From Nitrospirae bacterium JdFR-86 (lineage in GTDB: Bacteria; Nitrospirota; Thermodesulfovibrionia; Thermodesulfovibrionales; JdFR-86): a DNA stretch of 64,000 nt. The notes below the pieces were generated by a model that made no database searches, was not told the DNA's origin, and saw nothing but the letters and a program-made list of their open reading frames with translations. The DNA lies in assembly GCA_002011815.1 (NCBI GenBank), contig MTOV01000004.1, positions 41,872-105,871 on the forward strand. Direction: 5' to 3'. Made by a program: the position numbers and the translations under genes. Shown piece after piece: positions 1-9,298 of the stretch (position 1 is its first letter; the number at the start of each line of letters is the position of its first letter).

Positions 1-729
1 GTGGAAGTGCCGATGGGCATAACGCTGAGGGAGATAATCTACGACATAGGCGGCGGCATTATCGGCGATAAGAAGTTCAAGGCAGTGCAGACCGGAGGTC
101 CTTCAGGCGGATGCATACCAGAGAAATATCTTGACATGCCTGTGGACTTTGACTCCCTGAGGGAAGTCGGCTCGATGATGGGCTCAGGTGGAATGGTCGT
201 CATGGATGAGGACACCTGCATGGTGGATGTCGCAAAGTTCTTCCTATCGTTTACGCAGTCAGAGTCGTGCGGAAAGTGCCCGCCGTGCAGAATAGGCACA
301 TACCAGATGCTTGAAATACTCGAAAGGATTACCACAGGAAAAGGAAGACCTGAAGACATAGACGAGCTTGAAAGAATCGGCAGGCTTGTAGAAAAGGCAT
401 CTCTCTGCGGTTTGGGACAGGGTGCTCCTGTTCCTGTTCTTTCCACCATTAAATACTTCCGTGAGGAATACGAAGAGCATGTGCACGACAAATACTGCCG
501 TGCAAAGGTCTGCCGCGGGCTTGGCACATTCGTCATAAACTCCGAGGAGTGCATCCTCTGCGGTCTGTGCAAAGAGGCGTGCGCATACGATGCAGTAAAG
601 GAAACACCAAGGGAATATTTCATAGATCAGGATTACTGCACGAAGTGTAAAGCCTGCTACACGGCATGTCCTGTGGATGCAGTAAAGATAACAAAACAGC
701 CGAAGAGCACGGTTGAAACCAAGACTTAA
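1..729 (+). CDS. NuoF/HydB-like NAD(P)H-oxidising flavoprotein subunit, C-terminal part (5' end cut by window edge), with a 2x[4Fe-4S] ferredoxin tail
   Basis: The translation has the NuoF-type N3 cluster motif [11 protein letters not shown]...SLCGLGQ. Two CxxCxxCxxxCP ferredoxin motifs follow ([28 protein letters not shown]). The ORF is open from base 1. Confidence 0.8.
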   Translation: MEVPMGITLREIIYDIGGGIIGDKKFKAVQTGGPSGGCIPEKYLDMPVDFDSLREVGSMMGSGGMVVMDEDTCMVDVAKFFLSFTQSESCGKCPPCRIGTYQMLEILERITTGKGRPEDIDELERIGRLVEKASLCGLGQGAPVPVLSTIKYFREEYEEHVHDKYCRAKVCRGLGTFVINSEECILCGLCKEACAYDAVKETPREYFIDQDYCTKCKACYTACPVDAVKITKQPKSTVETKT

Positions 730-750
730 AGATTTAACTCTGGAGGTCAG

Positions 751-1350
751 ATGACAGAGGTAAAAGAGAAAAAGACTGAGGAAATAAAAAAAGAAGCTGA
801 AGAGATAGGATGTCCTGTAAAACGGGCTCTTTATTACATAGAAGAGTTTTTAAACGGTCCTATGTGCGGCAAGTGCTTCCCGTGCGAATTCGGAAGCTAT
901 GAGGCAAAGATTATACTTCAGAACATCATAGCCGGCGAAGGCACGGAATCCGACCTGCTTGCCCTCAGAAAGATTGCTGATGAGATGCTTGAGATATCAA
1001 GGTGCAAAAAAGGCAAGGACACTGCAAAGTTCATCCTCGAATGGATGGGGACAAACGCTTATAAGGAACACATCGAAGGCAGGTGTCCTGAAAAAGAGTG
1101 CAAGGCGCTTGTCGAATACAGGATTATTCCTGAAAAGTGCATCATGTGCGGGCTCTGTCTGGAGGCGTGCAAAGACAACGCTATAATCGGTGAGAAAAAG
1201 GTTTCATACAGGAGCGGTTACCTGCCCTTTGAGATAAGGCAGAAAAGATGCACAAAGTGCGGTGAATGCATAAAGGTATGCCCTGTAGAGGCAATTGAAA
1301 TCATAGATGTAAAGGTCAAGGAAACAGAGACTGTTTCAGCAGGCAAATAA
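751..1350 (+). CDS. Stand-alone NuoF C-terminal-like Fe-S protein (N3-type 4Fe-4S domain plus 2x[4Fe-4S] ferredoxin domain)
   Basis: MCGKCFPCEFG...SRCKKG parallels the N3 motif of the upstream gene. Ferredoxin motifs CIMCGLCLEACKDN and CTKCGECIKVCPVEA follow. SD ctGGAGGtcag lies before the ATG. Confidence 0.7.
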   Translation: MTEVKEKKTEEIKKEAEEIGCPVKRALYYIEEFLNGPMCGKCFPCEFGSYEAKIILQNIIAGEGTESDLLALRKIADEMLEISRCKKGKDTAKFILEWMGTNAYKEHIEGRCPEKECKALVEYRIIPEKCIMCGLCLEACKDNAIIGEKKVSYRSGYLPFEIRQKRCTKCGECIKVCPVEAIEIIDVKVKETETVSAGK

Positions 1351-1383
1351 CCCTTTTGTTAAGGTTTAAAAATAGGAGGATTT

Positions 1384-3402
1384 ATGTCAAAGATGGTAAA
1401 ACTCACGATAGACGGCAAGGAAGTCCAGGTTCCTGAGGGGACAAACATTATAGACGCTGCTGAACTTGCCGGCATTCATATACCTAATCTTTGCTATCTC
1501 AAGGGCATGAAAGGCATTGGTGCATGCAGGCTTTGTCTTGTCGAAGTAGAGGGTGCAAAGGCGCCTGTGATTGCATGCAACATAAAAGTCAAAGAAGGCA
1601 TGCAGGTAACCACAAAAACGGAAAAGATTAATGAGGCGAGAAAATTCGTCATAGACCTCATACTTTCCATGCACCCGCTTGACTGTATGACATGCACAAA
1701 GGCAGGTGTGTGCAGGCTTCAGCAATATGCCTATGATTTCGAGATAAAGGAGTCATCTTTTACAAGAAAGAAATTCGGCTATCCTACGGACGAAGCGAAC
1801 CCGTTTATCAAAAGAGACCCTGACTACTGCATCCTTTGCGGAAGGTGCGTAAGAGTCTGCAAGGAGCAGGGAACCAACGTGCTTGAGTTCATGGGCAGGG
1901 GTATCGGTGCAAAGATTACGACTGCAAACGACAAGCCTCTTCAGGAGTCAGAATGCACATTCTGCGGAAGCTGTGTTGATGCCTGTCCTGTAAATGCCCT
2001 GCTTGAGGCTGACAGATGGCGTAAAGGCAGAGAATGGGAATACGAAAAGGTCAACTCGGTCTGCCTTCTCTGCGGCAATGGCTGTGACATCACTGTAAGC
2101 ACAAAAGACGGCAAAGTGCAGAAAATAAACTCAGCACAGGCTGAAGGCTCTGCTGAAAAATACATCTGCGCTTACGGCAGGTTCGGCTTCGACTGCATAG
2201 AGGCAGATACACGGCTTACAACACCCATGAAAAAGGTAAACGGCGAGCTTAAAGAGACTACATGGAAAGACGCTCTGGAGACTGTTGCAGAAAAACTCAA
2301 AGAGGCAGGAAAAGACACAGGCTTTATAAGCACTGCAGGCATACAGAACGAGGATGCCCTTACACTAAAGAAGCTTGCAAAAGACGTAGTTAAGACAAAC
2401 AATTACGACACTACAATGAGTCTTTATGCAGATGCGGACTGTCTTAAGAACTCCCAGTCTGCTGACATTGACAAGGCAGACCTTATTGTTCTCGTCGGGC
2501 TTAATCCATCGCAGTGGAAAAGGGTTCTGCCCCAGCTTGACGCATCTGTAAGAAAGAGGGTTGAAAGAGGTGCAAAACTCATAGTTATAAACTCTTCCGA
2601 GACGAAGATAGCAGAGGTGGCTGCCGTAACTCTTACAGGTGATGAAATATCGAGCTTGAAAGCACTTGCAAAGGCTGCTATAGAGAAAGGTCTGAAGGCG
2701 GATAAAAAACTGGAATCCGCTGTAAGTGATGCAAGCGTTTCTGAAGATGTGGAAAAGGCAGCAGCTCTGTTTGCTGAAGCGAAGTCCCCTGTTATATTCA
2801 CCTCCCCTTCCCTTTTTGAAGCGGCCTCCAACATATCGCTCATAAAGGGAAGCGTGGTTGCTGTTCCTGCTGAAAGCAATGCAAAGGGAATTGCCCTTAT
2901 GGGTCTGACCACAGAGGGCAAGACCTATAAAGAGATGGTCTCAGGCGGGCTGAAGGTGCTTTATGCCGTAGGCGAAGTCCCGGTAAACAAAAGACCGGAT
3001 GTGGATTTTCTGATAGTGCAGAACTCTCATCTTACAGAGCTTGCAAAACAGGCAGACGTGGTTCTGCCGTCAGCTGTCTTTCTTGAGTCAGCAGGCACGA
3101 TAATAGACTACATGGGAAGGCTTAAATACCTCCCGGAGGCAATAGAGCCGCAGGGTGAGGCAAAATCCCACAAGGACATCTTCATCCAGCTTGCCAAGGT
3201 TATGGGCGGTTCGATAAAGAGACCGACTGAAACCGAGGTCAAGAAGGCAGCAAAGGTAAAGGTTAAGCCTTCGCTTAAGCCGTTTGAGAAAAAAGAAGGG
3301 CTTGATGTCTCACCTGACGAGATAATCGAGTCGGTCAATGCCTCTGTGATAAACGGCTCAAGGCTTCTGTGGCTTAAAGAGGCAGAGAAGGCTGCTGTTT
3401 AG
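1384..3402 (+). CDS. NuoG-like Fe-S subunit (2Fe-2S, 4Fe-4S, and a short molybdopterin-oxidoreductase-like domain with no obvious catalytic Cys/Sec)
   Basis: The N-terminal 2Fe-2S region has CYLKG..GACRLCLVEV..ACN. Then come HPLDCMTCTKAGVC, CILCGRCVRVC, CTFCGSCVDACP and the MopB-type CLLCGNGC motif. SD aatAGGAGGattt precedes the ATG. Confidence 0.75.
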   Translation: MSKMVKLTIDGKEVQVPEGTNIIDAAELAGIHIPNLCYLKGMKGIGACRLCLVEVEGAKAPVIACNIKVKEGMQVTTKTEKINEARKFVIDLILSMHPLDCMTCTKAGVCRLQQYAYDFEIKESSFTRKKFGYPTDEANPFIKRDPDYCILCGRCVRVCKEQGTNVLEFMGRGIGAKITTANDKPLQESECTFCGSCVDACPVNALLEADRWRKGREWEYEKVNSVCLLCGNGCDITVSTKDGKVQKINSAQAEGSAEKYICAYGRFGFDCIEADTRLTTPMKKVNGELKETTWKDALETVAEKLKEAGKDTGFISTAGIQNEDALTLKKLAKDVVKTNNYDTTMSLYADADCLKNSQSADIDKADLIVLVGLNPSQWKRVLPQLDASVRKRVERGAKLIVINSSETKIAEVAAVTLTGDEISSLKALAKAAIEKGLKADKKLESAVSDASVSEDVEKAAALFAEAKSPVIFTSPSLFEAASNISLIKGSVVAVPAESNAKGIALMGLTTEGKTYKEMVSGGLKVLYAVGEVPVNKRPDVDFLIVQNSHLTELAKQADVVLPSAVFLESAGTIIDYMGRLKYLPEAIEPQGEAKSHKDIFIQLAKVMGGSIKRPTETEVKKAAKVKVKPSLKPFEKKEGLDVSPDEIIESVNASVINGSRLLWLKEAEKAAV

Positions 3403-3428
3403 CGTTCAAGGCTATAGCTTCTTAAAAA

Positions 3429-3455
3429 GGCGGGGACTGAAACCCCGCCTTTTTA
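3429..3455 (+). terminator. Rho-independent terminator after the nuoG-like gene
   Basis: GGCGGGG (3429-3435) pairs with CCCCGCC (3443-3449) around a 7-nt loop, followed by TTTTT. Confidence 0.75.
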
Positions 3456-3504
3456 TTGTGTTTATTTTTTCTGCGTATCTCCTATAAAATATCCCAGTAA
3501 GAGT

Positions 3505-4248
3505 ATGGAAGACGTATACAGCATAAAGCTCCCTGTATTTGAAGGACCTCTTGACCTTCTTCTTCACCTCATCAAGGAGAACAAGGTAGATATATATGAC
3601 ATCCCGATTGCATTAATCACACGGCAGTATCTTGAGTATCTGGAATTGATGAAGGAGCTTAACCTTGAGATAGCCGGAGAGTTTCTTGTAATGGCGGCTA
3701 CGCTTATACACATCAAGTCAAGGATGCTTCTCCCTGTGGAGGAGACCGCTGATACCGAAGAGGCAATGGATCCAAGACTGGAGCTCGTGCAGAGACTGCT
3801 TGAGTATCAGGCGTTTAAGGATGCAGCCCTCGGTCTTAAGGAAAGGGAAGAGGAACGTGTGGGAGTGCTTCAGAGAGAGCCTCTTTATGAAGATGGCGAA
3901 GATGACTCCGAAGAACCCTACCTGTTTGATGTCAGCCTCTTTGACCTTATAAGTGCCTTTAAAAGAATACTCGATAAAGCGCCTCCTGAGTTCAAAACCG
4001 TAACAAAAGAGACGCTTACAATAAAGGACAAGATGTCACTTATCATAGAGGTAATCCAGAACAGGGATGCAGTGCGCTTTGAGGAATTATTCGCACAGGG
4101 GATGACAAAGGCGCATCTTATTGTCACCTTTGTTGCCCTGCTTGAGCTTCTGAGAATCGGGCTTGCAAAGGTATATCAGGAAAAAGAGTTCGGGACTATC
4201 TGGATTATCAAGCCCACTGACTCGCCCCACCCTATAGCTTCCAATTAA
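3505..4248 (+). CDS. scpA: Segregation and condensation protein A
   Basis: The N-terminus FEGPLDLLLHLIKENKVDIYDIPIALITRQYLEYL is the typical ScpA signature. Length is 247 aa. Confidence 0.9.
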   Translation: MEDVYSIKLPVFEGPLDLLLHLIKENKVDIYDIPIALITRQYLEYLELMKELNLEIAGEFLVMAATLIHIKSRMLLPVEETADTEEAMDPRLELVQRLLEYQAFKDAALGLKEREEERVGVLQREPLYEDGEDDSEEPYLFDVSLFDLISAFKRILDKAPPEFKTVTKETLTIKDKMSLIIEVIQNRDAVRFEELFAQGMTKAHLIVTFVALLELLRIGLAKVYQEKEFGTIWIIKPTDSPHPIASN

Positions 4249-4298
4249 AGCTTTGTGCTTTTCGAGGATTGCATTATAATATTTATAATCAACTACCC

Positions 4299-6302
4299 AT
4301 GGAAACCGAATTCTTAAAAGCATTGGTCTTGGCAGTCGGCGTCTCTGCGCTTTCTATCTTTCTTTTCCAAAGCATCAGGATGCCGTCTATCGTGGGGTTT
4401 ATTGTCGCAGGCATTCTTATCGGTCCTCACGGTTTTGGGATAATCAAGAATGTAGGCGAGATCGAGCTGCTGGCTGACCTCGGCATCATACTTCTGCTTT
4501 TTACTATCGGGATTGAGTTTTCAGTTACGAATCTTCTCAGGATGTGGAAGGCTGCTTTATGCGGCGGAGGCGGGCAGATTACCCTGACTATACTGGCTTC
4601 GGCTGCCATTGCATATCCTTTTATAGGAGAACTGAACAAAGCAGTCTTTTTCGGTTTTCTTATTGCCCTGAGCAGCACTGCCATAGTCCTTAAAATGCTT
4701 TTCGAAAGGGGCGAGATAGATTCCCCTCAAGGACGAATGATGACAGGGATACTGATATTTCAAGACCTCTGCGTAGTGCCTCTTATGCTCCTGATACCTG
4801 CCCTTTCCGGCAAAGGCGTGGAAATTTCCGCCATAGGCACAACAATTATAAAGGCAGCCATTATCATAGCAGCCGCACTTCTGGCTGCCAAATGGATAGT
4901 GCCTGAACTCTTACACCGCATCGCCCACACAAAAAGCAGGGAACTCTTTACCATTACAATCATATTTATGTGTCTTGGCATTGCGCTTCTTACATCGAAG
5001 TTAGGGCTTTCCCTTGCCTTGGGAGCATTTCTTGCAGGGCTTATAATCTCAGAGTCTGAATATGCATATGCTGCAACAGCCGAGATACTTCCTCTTAAAG
5101 ACAGTTTTATGGGACTGTTCTTTGTATCAATCGGCATGCTAATGGATGTCAGTTATACAGGTGCCAATTTGACAAAAGTCTTAGTGGTCGTCCTAGTAAT
5201 ATTTGGTATTAAGGCACTTACTACAGCGGTTTCAGTGCTGTTTGCCTCGTCTTCTCCGAGGACTGCAGTGCATGCAGGTCTTGGGCTTGCGCAAATCGGG
5301 GAGTTCTCGTTTGTGCTGGCAGCCGTTGGGAGAACAGCAGGGCTTATATCCGGCGACAGCTATCAATTGTTTTTGTCAGCCTCTGTAGTTTCGATGGCGA
5401 CAGCTCCTTTTGTCATCGGGACTGCACCTGTGGCAGCCATGTGGCTGACGGCGAAAAAACCACTCAGGCGGCTTGCACTTGTGAAAAAAGAGGAAGGTTT
5501 TCCAAGAAAGCAGTCAGACCACGTCATAATAATTGGTTTTGGCTTGACAGGCAGACATCTGGGATGGGCATTAAGCACAGCAGGCATACCCTATGTTGTT
5601 CTCGATTTAAACGCCGACCTTGTCAGGCGGGAAAGGAAAAAAGGGCATCCTGTATATTTCGGCGATGCAACAAGCAGGGAGATACTCCATAAGCTTCGCA
5701 TAGACAGGTCACGGCTTCTCGTGATTGCAATCTCAGACCCTGTATCTACAAGAAAGATTCTTTCCCTTGTAAGGGACGAAAATCCTGACGTCTACATAAT
5801 CGTCAGGACAAGATATGTGGCTGAAGTCGAAGACCTTATGAACCTCGGTGCTAATGAGGTCATCCCTGAAGAGTTTGAGACTTCCATAGAGATATTCTCA
5901 AGAGTCCTTAGCATTTACAGCGTTCCTAAAAACGTAATCACAGACCGCATTGAAGACATAAGAAAGAACAGCTATAAGGTGTTCAGGACTCCTTCTGAAC
6001 TGCATCATAAGATATTAAAAGAAAGGCATGCACTGCTAAGCGAGATAGAGACGGAGACGTACCTGATAAAGAAAGGCTCCCATCTGGCAGGACACTCCCT
6101 GCGGCAACTCCAATTGAGGGCTAAGACAGGAGCTATGGTCATGGCAGTGCAGAGAAAGAACGAAATCCATCAAAACCCTGAACCGGATTTCGTTCTAAAG
6201 GAAAATGACATTATTCTACTTGTCGGTAGAAAAGCAGACATAAGCCGTGCCATAGAATATATGGAGTCTGACATGCTATTGACAGTAAAGTATCACAGAT
6301 AA
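4299..6302 (+). CDS. CPA2-family monovalent cation:proton antiporter (Kef-type) with C-terminal TrkA-N and TrkA-C (RCK) domains
   Basis: The N-terminal half is multi-TM. The Rossmann motif HVIIIGFGLTGRH and a C-terminal TrkA-C-like segment follow. The start is moved from the track's 4269 to ATG 4299 (METEF...), which sits 9 nt after TATAAT at 4284-4289. Confidence 0.85.
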   Translation: METEFLKALVLAVGVSALSIFLFQSIRMPSIVGFIVAGILIGPHGFGIIKNVGEIELLADLGIILLLFTIGIEFSVTNLLRMWKAALCGGGGQITLTILASAAIAYPFIGELNKAVFFGFLIALSSTAIVLKMLFERGEIDSPQGRMMTGILIFQDLCVVPLMLLIPALSGKGVEISAIGTTIIKAAIIIAAALLAAKWIVPELLHRIAHTKSRELFTITIIFMCLGIALLTSKLGLSLALGAFLAGLIISESEYAYAATAEILPLKDSFMGLFFVSIGMLMDVSYTGANLTKVLVVVLVIFGIKALTTAVSVLFASSSPRTAVHAGLGLAQIGEFSFVLAAVGRTAGLISGDSYQLFLSASVVSMATAPFVIGTAPVAAMWLTAKKPLRRLALVKKEEGFPRKQSDHVIIIGFGLTGRHLGWALSTAGIPYVVLDLNADLVRRERKKGHPVYFGDATSREILHKLRIDRSRLLVIAISDPVSTRKILSLVRDENPDVYIIVRTRYVAEVEDLMNLGANEVIPEEFETSIEIFSRVLSIYSVPKNVITDRIEDIRKNSYKVFRTPSELHHKILKERHALLSEIETETYLIKKGSHLAGHSLRQLQLRAKTGAMVMAVQRKNEIHQNPEPDFVLKENDIILLVGRKADISRAIEYMESDMLLTVKYHR

Positions 6303-6352
6303 GGCAAATCAGTGTATTATAATATCTATTTAAAAATTGCACGGTTTGCAAG

Positions 6353-7045
6353 ATGAGCATAATTCTAAAGGCATTAAAAAGAGCAGAGGCTTCAAGACCT
6401 GAAAAAAAGGTATTGTATGTAAGCACTTTCAGCGGTGGAGTCAAAAAGATATGGGGTATGCTCTCTGTCGTCCTTTTTGCATCAAGCCTGGGATTTCTTA
6501 CAGCCGTATACTTGATGCACGACAATACAGACACAAAACCGCAGTTTGAAGAAAAGCCAGTGCCTATGCCGGATAAAGTGAATCCCGTTTCAAAGCCTGA
6601 CGCCTCAGGGCTTTATAATGAGGCAATTATGCATATCAAAGGAGAAAGATATGCACAGGCGGAAAAACTCCTGAGAAATGCTCTAAGTATAGAGCCTGAA
6701 AATGCCGGATTTTACAACCGTCTTGGTTTTGTGCTCAGAAAACAGGAAAAATACAAGGAAGCTATTTCAGCATATAGAAAGGCTATACTGCTGAAGCCTG
6801 ATTACTACGAAGCAATGAACAATCTTGCCGTAGCACTCGAGGCGATAGGACAAGAAAACAAGGCTGAAGACATCTATAAGAAAATACTCTTAAAGAAGCC
6901 GTCCATTGCGGAAGTCCATTTAAACTATGCCCTTCTGCTTGAATCACAGGGCAGAAAAGAAGAGGCAATAAGCCATTATCACACGTTCCTTAACCTTTCG
7001 CAGGATGCAGAACTGAAAGAATTTGTCAGGAAAAGACTGAAATAG
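6353..7045 (+). CDS. Membrane-anchored TPR-repeat protein
   Basis: One N-terminal TM helix (MLSVVLFASSLGFLTAVYLM) is followed by repeated TPR-like units (A..Y..AL...P....A..NLG). Confidence 0.7.
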   Translation: MSIILKALKRAEASRPEKKVLYVSTFSGGVKKIWGMLSVVLFASSLGFLTAVYLMHDNTDTKPQFEEKPVPMPDKVNPVSKPDASGLYNEAIMHIKGERYAQAEKLLRNALSIEPENAGFYNRLGFVLRKQEKYKEAISAYRKAILLKPDYYEAMNNLAVALEAIGQENKAEDIYKKILLKKPSIAEVHLNYALLLESQGRKEEAISHYHTFLNLSQDAELKEFVRKRLK

Positions 7046-7047
7046 AG

Positions 7048-8037
7048 ATGCTTGTTTTAGGGATAGACACCTCCTGTGACGACACATCAAGCTCTCTGCT
7101 TGATATCTCTGATAACGGAGTGGAGATAATCTCCAATATTGTCTCAAGTCAGGCGGAGATTCACCGCAAATACGGCGGTATTGTGCCTGAGCTTGCCTCA
7201 AGAAGACATATTGAGATGATATGGCATGTCGTAGATGAGGCGCTAAAAGGCACAAAACCTGAAGAGCTTTCTGCTGTTGCCGTGTGTTATGGTCCAGGGC
7301 TTATAGGCTCGCTCCTTGTAGGCTGTTCATTTGCAAAGGCTATGTGTTATTCAGCAGGCATTCCGCTTGTTGCAGTCAATCATCTTGAAGGGCACATCCT
7401 TTCGGTGTTTCTGGCTGGTGAAAAACCTGAATTTCCGTTTCTTGCGCTTATTGCCTCAGGCGGGCATACATGTCTTTACAGGGTTGATGACTATCTGAAA
7501 TACACTGAGCTTGGAAGGACAAGGGATGACGCTGCAGGTGAAGCATACGACAAAGTCTCAAAACTCCTTGGATTGAGCTATCCCGGAGGACCGCAGATAG
7601 ACCGGATGGCAAAAACCGGAAACCCGAAAGCCATAAAGTTCCCAAGGGCTTATCTGCCCCAGAGCCTTGATTTCAGCTTCAGCGGCCTTAAGACTGCCGT
7701 AATGCTGACAATAAGGGACAACCCCAGGCTCAATGTCAATGATATTGCTGCATCCTTTCAGGCATCTATAGTTGACGTGCTCGTGAGAAAGACCGAATGG
7801 GCAATAAAAAAGCACAGGATAAAACGCATTGCCCTTTCCGGAGGAGTAGCCGCCAACAGCGAATTAAGAAAAAGAATGACTGAGATGGCAGAGGAAAGGG
7901 ATGCTGAGCTTTACATCCCTCCTGTCTCGTTCTGCACAGACAATGCTGCCATGATAGCTTTGGCAGGTTACCACCATTTTATACGGGGTGACACAGCGGG
8001 GCTTGACCTCAACCCCAGGGCATACCTTCCGCTTTAG
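7048..8037 (+). CDS. tsaD: tRNA N6-adenosine threonylcarbamoyltransferase
   Basis: The translation reads MLVLGIDTSCDDTS..., VCYGPGLIGSLLVG, NHLEGH and SGGVAANS. Length is a typical 329 aa. Confidence 0.95.
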   Translation: MLVLGIDTSCDDTSSSLLDISDNGVEIISNIVSSQAEIHRKYGGIVPELASRRHIEMIWHVVDEALKGTKPEELSAVAVCYGPGLIGSLLVGCSFAKAMCYSAGIPLVAVNHLEGHILSVFLAGEKPEFPFLALIASGGHTCLYRVDDYLKYTELGRTRDDAAGEAYDKVSKLLGLSYPGGPQIDRMAKTGNPKAIKFPRAYLPQSLDFSFSGLKTAVMLTIRDNPRLNVNDIAASFQASIVDVLVRKTEWAIKKHRIKRIALSGGVAANSELRKRMTEMAEERDAELYIPPVSFCTDNAAMIALAGYHHFIRGDTAGLDLNPRAYLPL

Positions 8038-8083
8038 TTGTCTTCCTTGTATTCTCTGCACAGTTTCATTATTATAATTTCTG

Positions 8084-8755
8084 ATGTTTCAGCTCAATGA
8101 TATAAGCATCTTCAACACTCTTTCAGCCTCTGACATAAAGGAGATAGAGCATTACTTTATCCGCGAGCGGTATAAGAAAAAGGAGACAATATTTTCCGAG
8201 GGAGACCCTTCAGAGTGGTTTTACATCGTACTTGAAGGAAAGGTGAAAATCACCAAGATTTCACAGGACGGCAAAGAGATTATACTTGAGATAATACCAC
8301 CCAGGGATTTTTTCGGGGGCGTCGCAGTTATTCGCGGCTTCCCCTACCCTGCAAACGCTATAGCAATGGAAGATACAGAGGTGATAAAAATATCCAAGAG
8401 CAACCTGATGAAGGTGCTCGACAGGTTTCCGGCTGTTATGTATTGCATGGTTCAGAACCTTGGCGACAGGATTAAGGGCACGCACGAAACACTGAAAAAC
8501 ATAGCACTGGAAAAAGTAAGCTCAAGAATTGCCTCTCTTCTTATAAAACTCTCTGAGCAGACAGGCACAAAGACAAAAGAAGGCATACTTATAAACCTGA
8601 AGCTTACGAAACAGGACATAGCCGAGATGGTCGGCACCACAGTGGAAACCTCTATCAGGACAATAAGCCGGCTTAAAAAGCTCGGAATCATCACGGAAAA
8701 ATCCGGCAAAATAACTATAAAGGACATTGAACGACTCAAGTCCCTGAGTTATTGA
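8084..8755 (+). CDS. Crp/Fnr-family transcriptional regulator (no FNR-type N-terminal Cys cluster)
   Basis: There is a cNMP-binding-like beta-roll (FSEGDPSEWFYIVLEGKVKI) and a C-terminal HTH (LTKQDIAEMVGTTVETSIRTISRLKKLG). TATAAT at 8073-8078 lies 5 nt before the ATG. Confidence 0.85.
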   Translation: MFQLNDISIFNTLSASDIKEIEHYFIRERYKKKETIFSEGDPSEWFYIVLEGKVKITKISQDGKEIILEIIPPRDFFGGVAVIRGFPYPANAIAMEDTEVIKISKSNLMKVLDRFPAVMYCMVQNLGDRIKGTHETLKNIALEKVSSRIASLLIKLSEQTGTKTKEGILINLKLTKQDIAEMVGTTVETSIRTISRLKKLGIITEKSGKITIKDIERLKSLSY

Positions 8756-8793
8756 GGAGACTATGTAGTCAGCGGCTACAGATTAAGATGATT

Positions 8794-8812
8794 AAGGAGT
8801 CTATGACTCCTT
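8794..8812. terminator. Hairpin between convergent genes (possible bidirectional terminator; lacks a clean U-tract)
   Basis: AAGGAGTC (8794-8801) pairs with GACTCCTT (8805-8812) around a 3-nt loop. It overlaps the stop of the minus-strand gene. Confidence 0.35.
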
Positions 8813-9208
8813 CCCGAATACAGTGGTTGTTATATTGTAGAAGAACAGCAATATAGAGAACGCCTCGACGACACCGAAGACAACTGTAAGCGTTTTATAG
8901 ATGCCTGCGTCAGTGCTGTACTGCATAAGCGTATAGAACAGGAGCATTCCTACAAGCCCTATGTTGGCAAGCCAGAATTGAAGCTCTCCCATCGAAGTGC
9001 TTTTTAACAGTCTTCCTGCGAACCTTGGCAGTATGTGGTAGCCGACGCCGTATATCATCATGGAGACCCAGCCCAAAAGCATAAGATGCGAATGCACAAA
9101 TTTCAATCTGAGTAGCTCCGGATATCCAATCATCAACACGCCCAATACCGCTGCCATGGCAAGATACACAATGCTCATCAGAATAAAATTCTTTACGAAT
9201 CTGTCCAT
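8801..9208 (-). CDS. Small 4-TM membrane protein resembling a fragment of heme-copper oxidase/NO-reductase subunit I
   Basis: Four hydrophobic helices are present. The segment FVHSHLMLLGWVSMMIYGVGYHILPRF resembles the HxH-containing helix of HCO subunit I. SD AGGAGG lies 6 nt before the ATG. Confidence 0.5.
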   Translation of the reverse strand: MDRFVKNFILMSIVYLAMAAVLGVLMIGYPELLRLKFVHSHLMLLGWVSMMIYGVGYHILPRFAGRLLKSTSMGELQFWLANIGLVGMLLFYTLMQYSTDAGIYKTLTVVFGVVEAFSILLFFYNITTTVFGKES

Positions 9209-9284
9209 CCTATTCCTCCTTTTAAAGATTTTCTATAACTCCATGCTATCAGGAAAACCTGCTGATTACCATGATTCAGGTCAT

Positions 9285-9298
9285 ATGACGTATATCAT
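9285..9298. promoter_or_regulatory. Candidate CRP/FNR-family operator (aTGAc-N4-aTCAt; core TGA-N6-TCA)
   Basis: ATGACGTATATCAT sits inside a longer imperfect inverted repeat, AGGTCATATGA-N6-TCATAGACCT (9278-9304). GTCATATGA recurs at 9280 and 9310. Confidence 0.3.
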
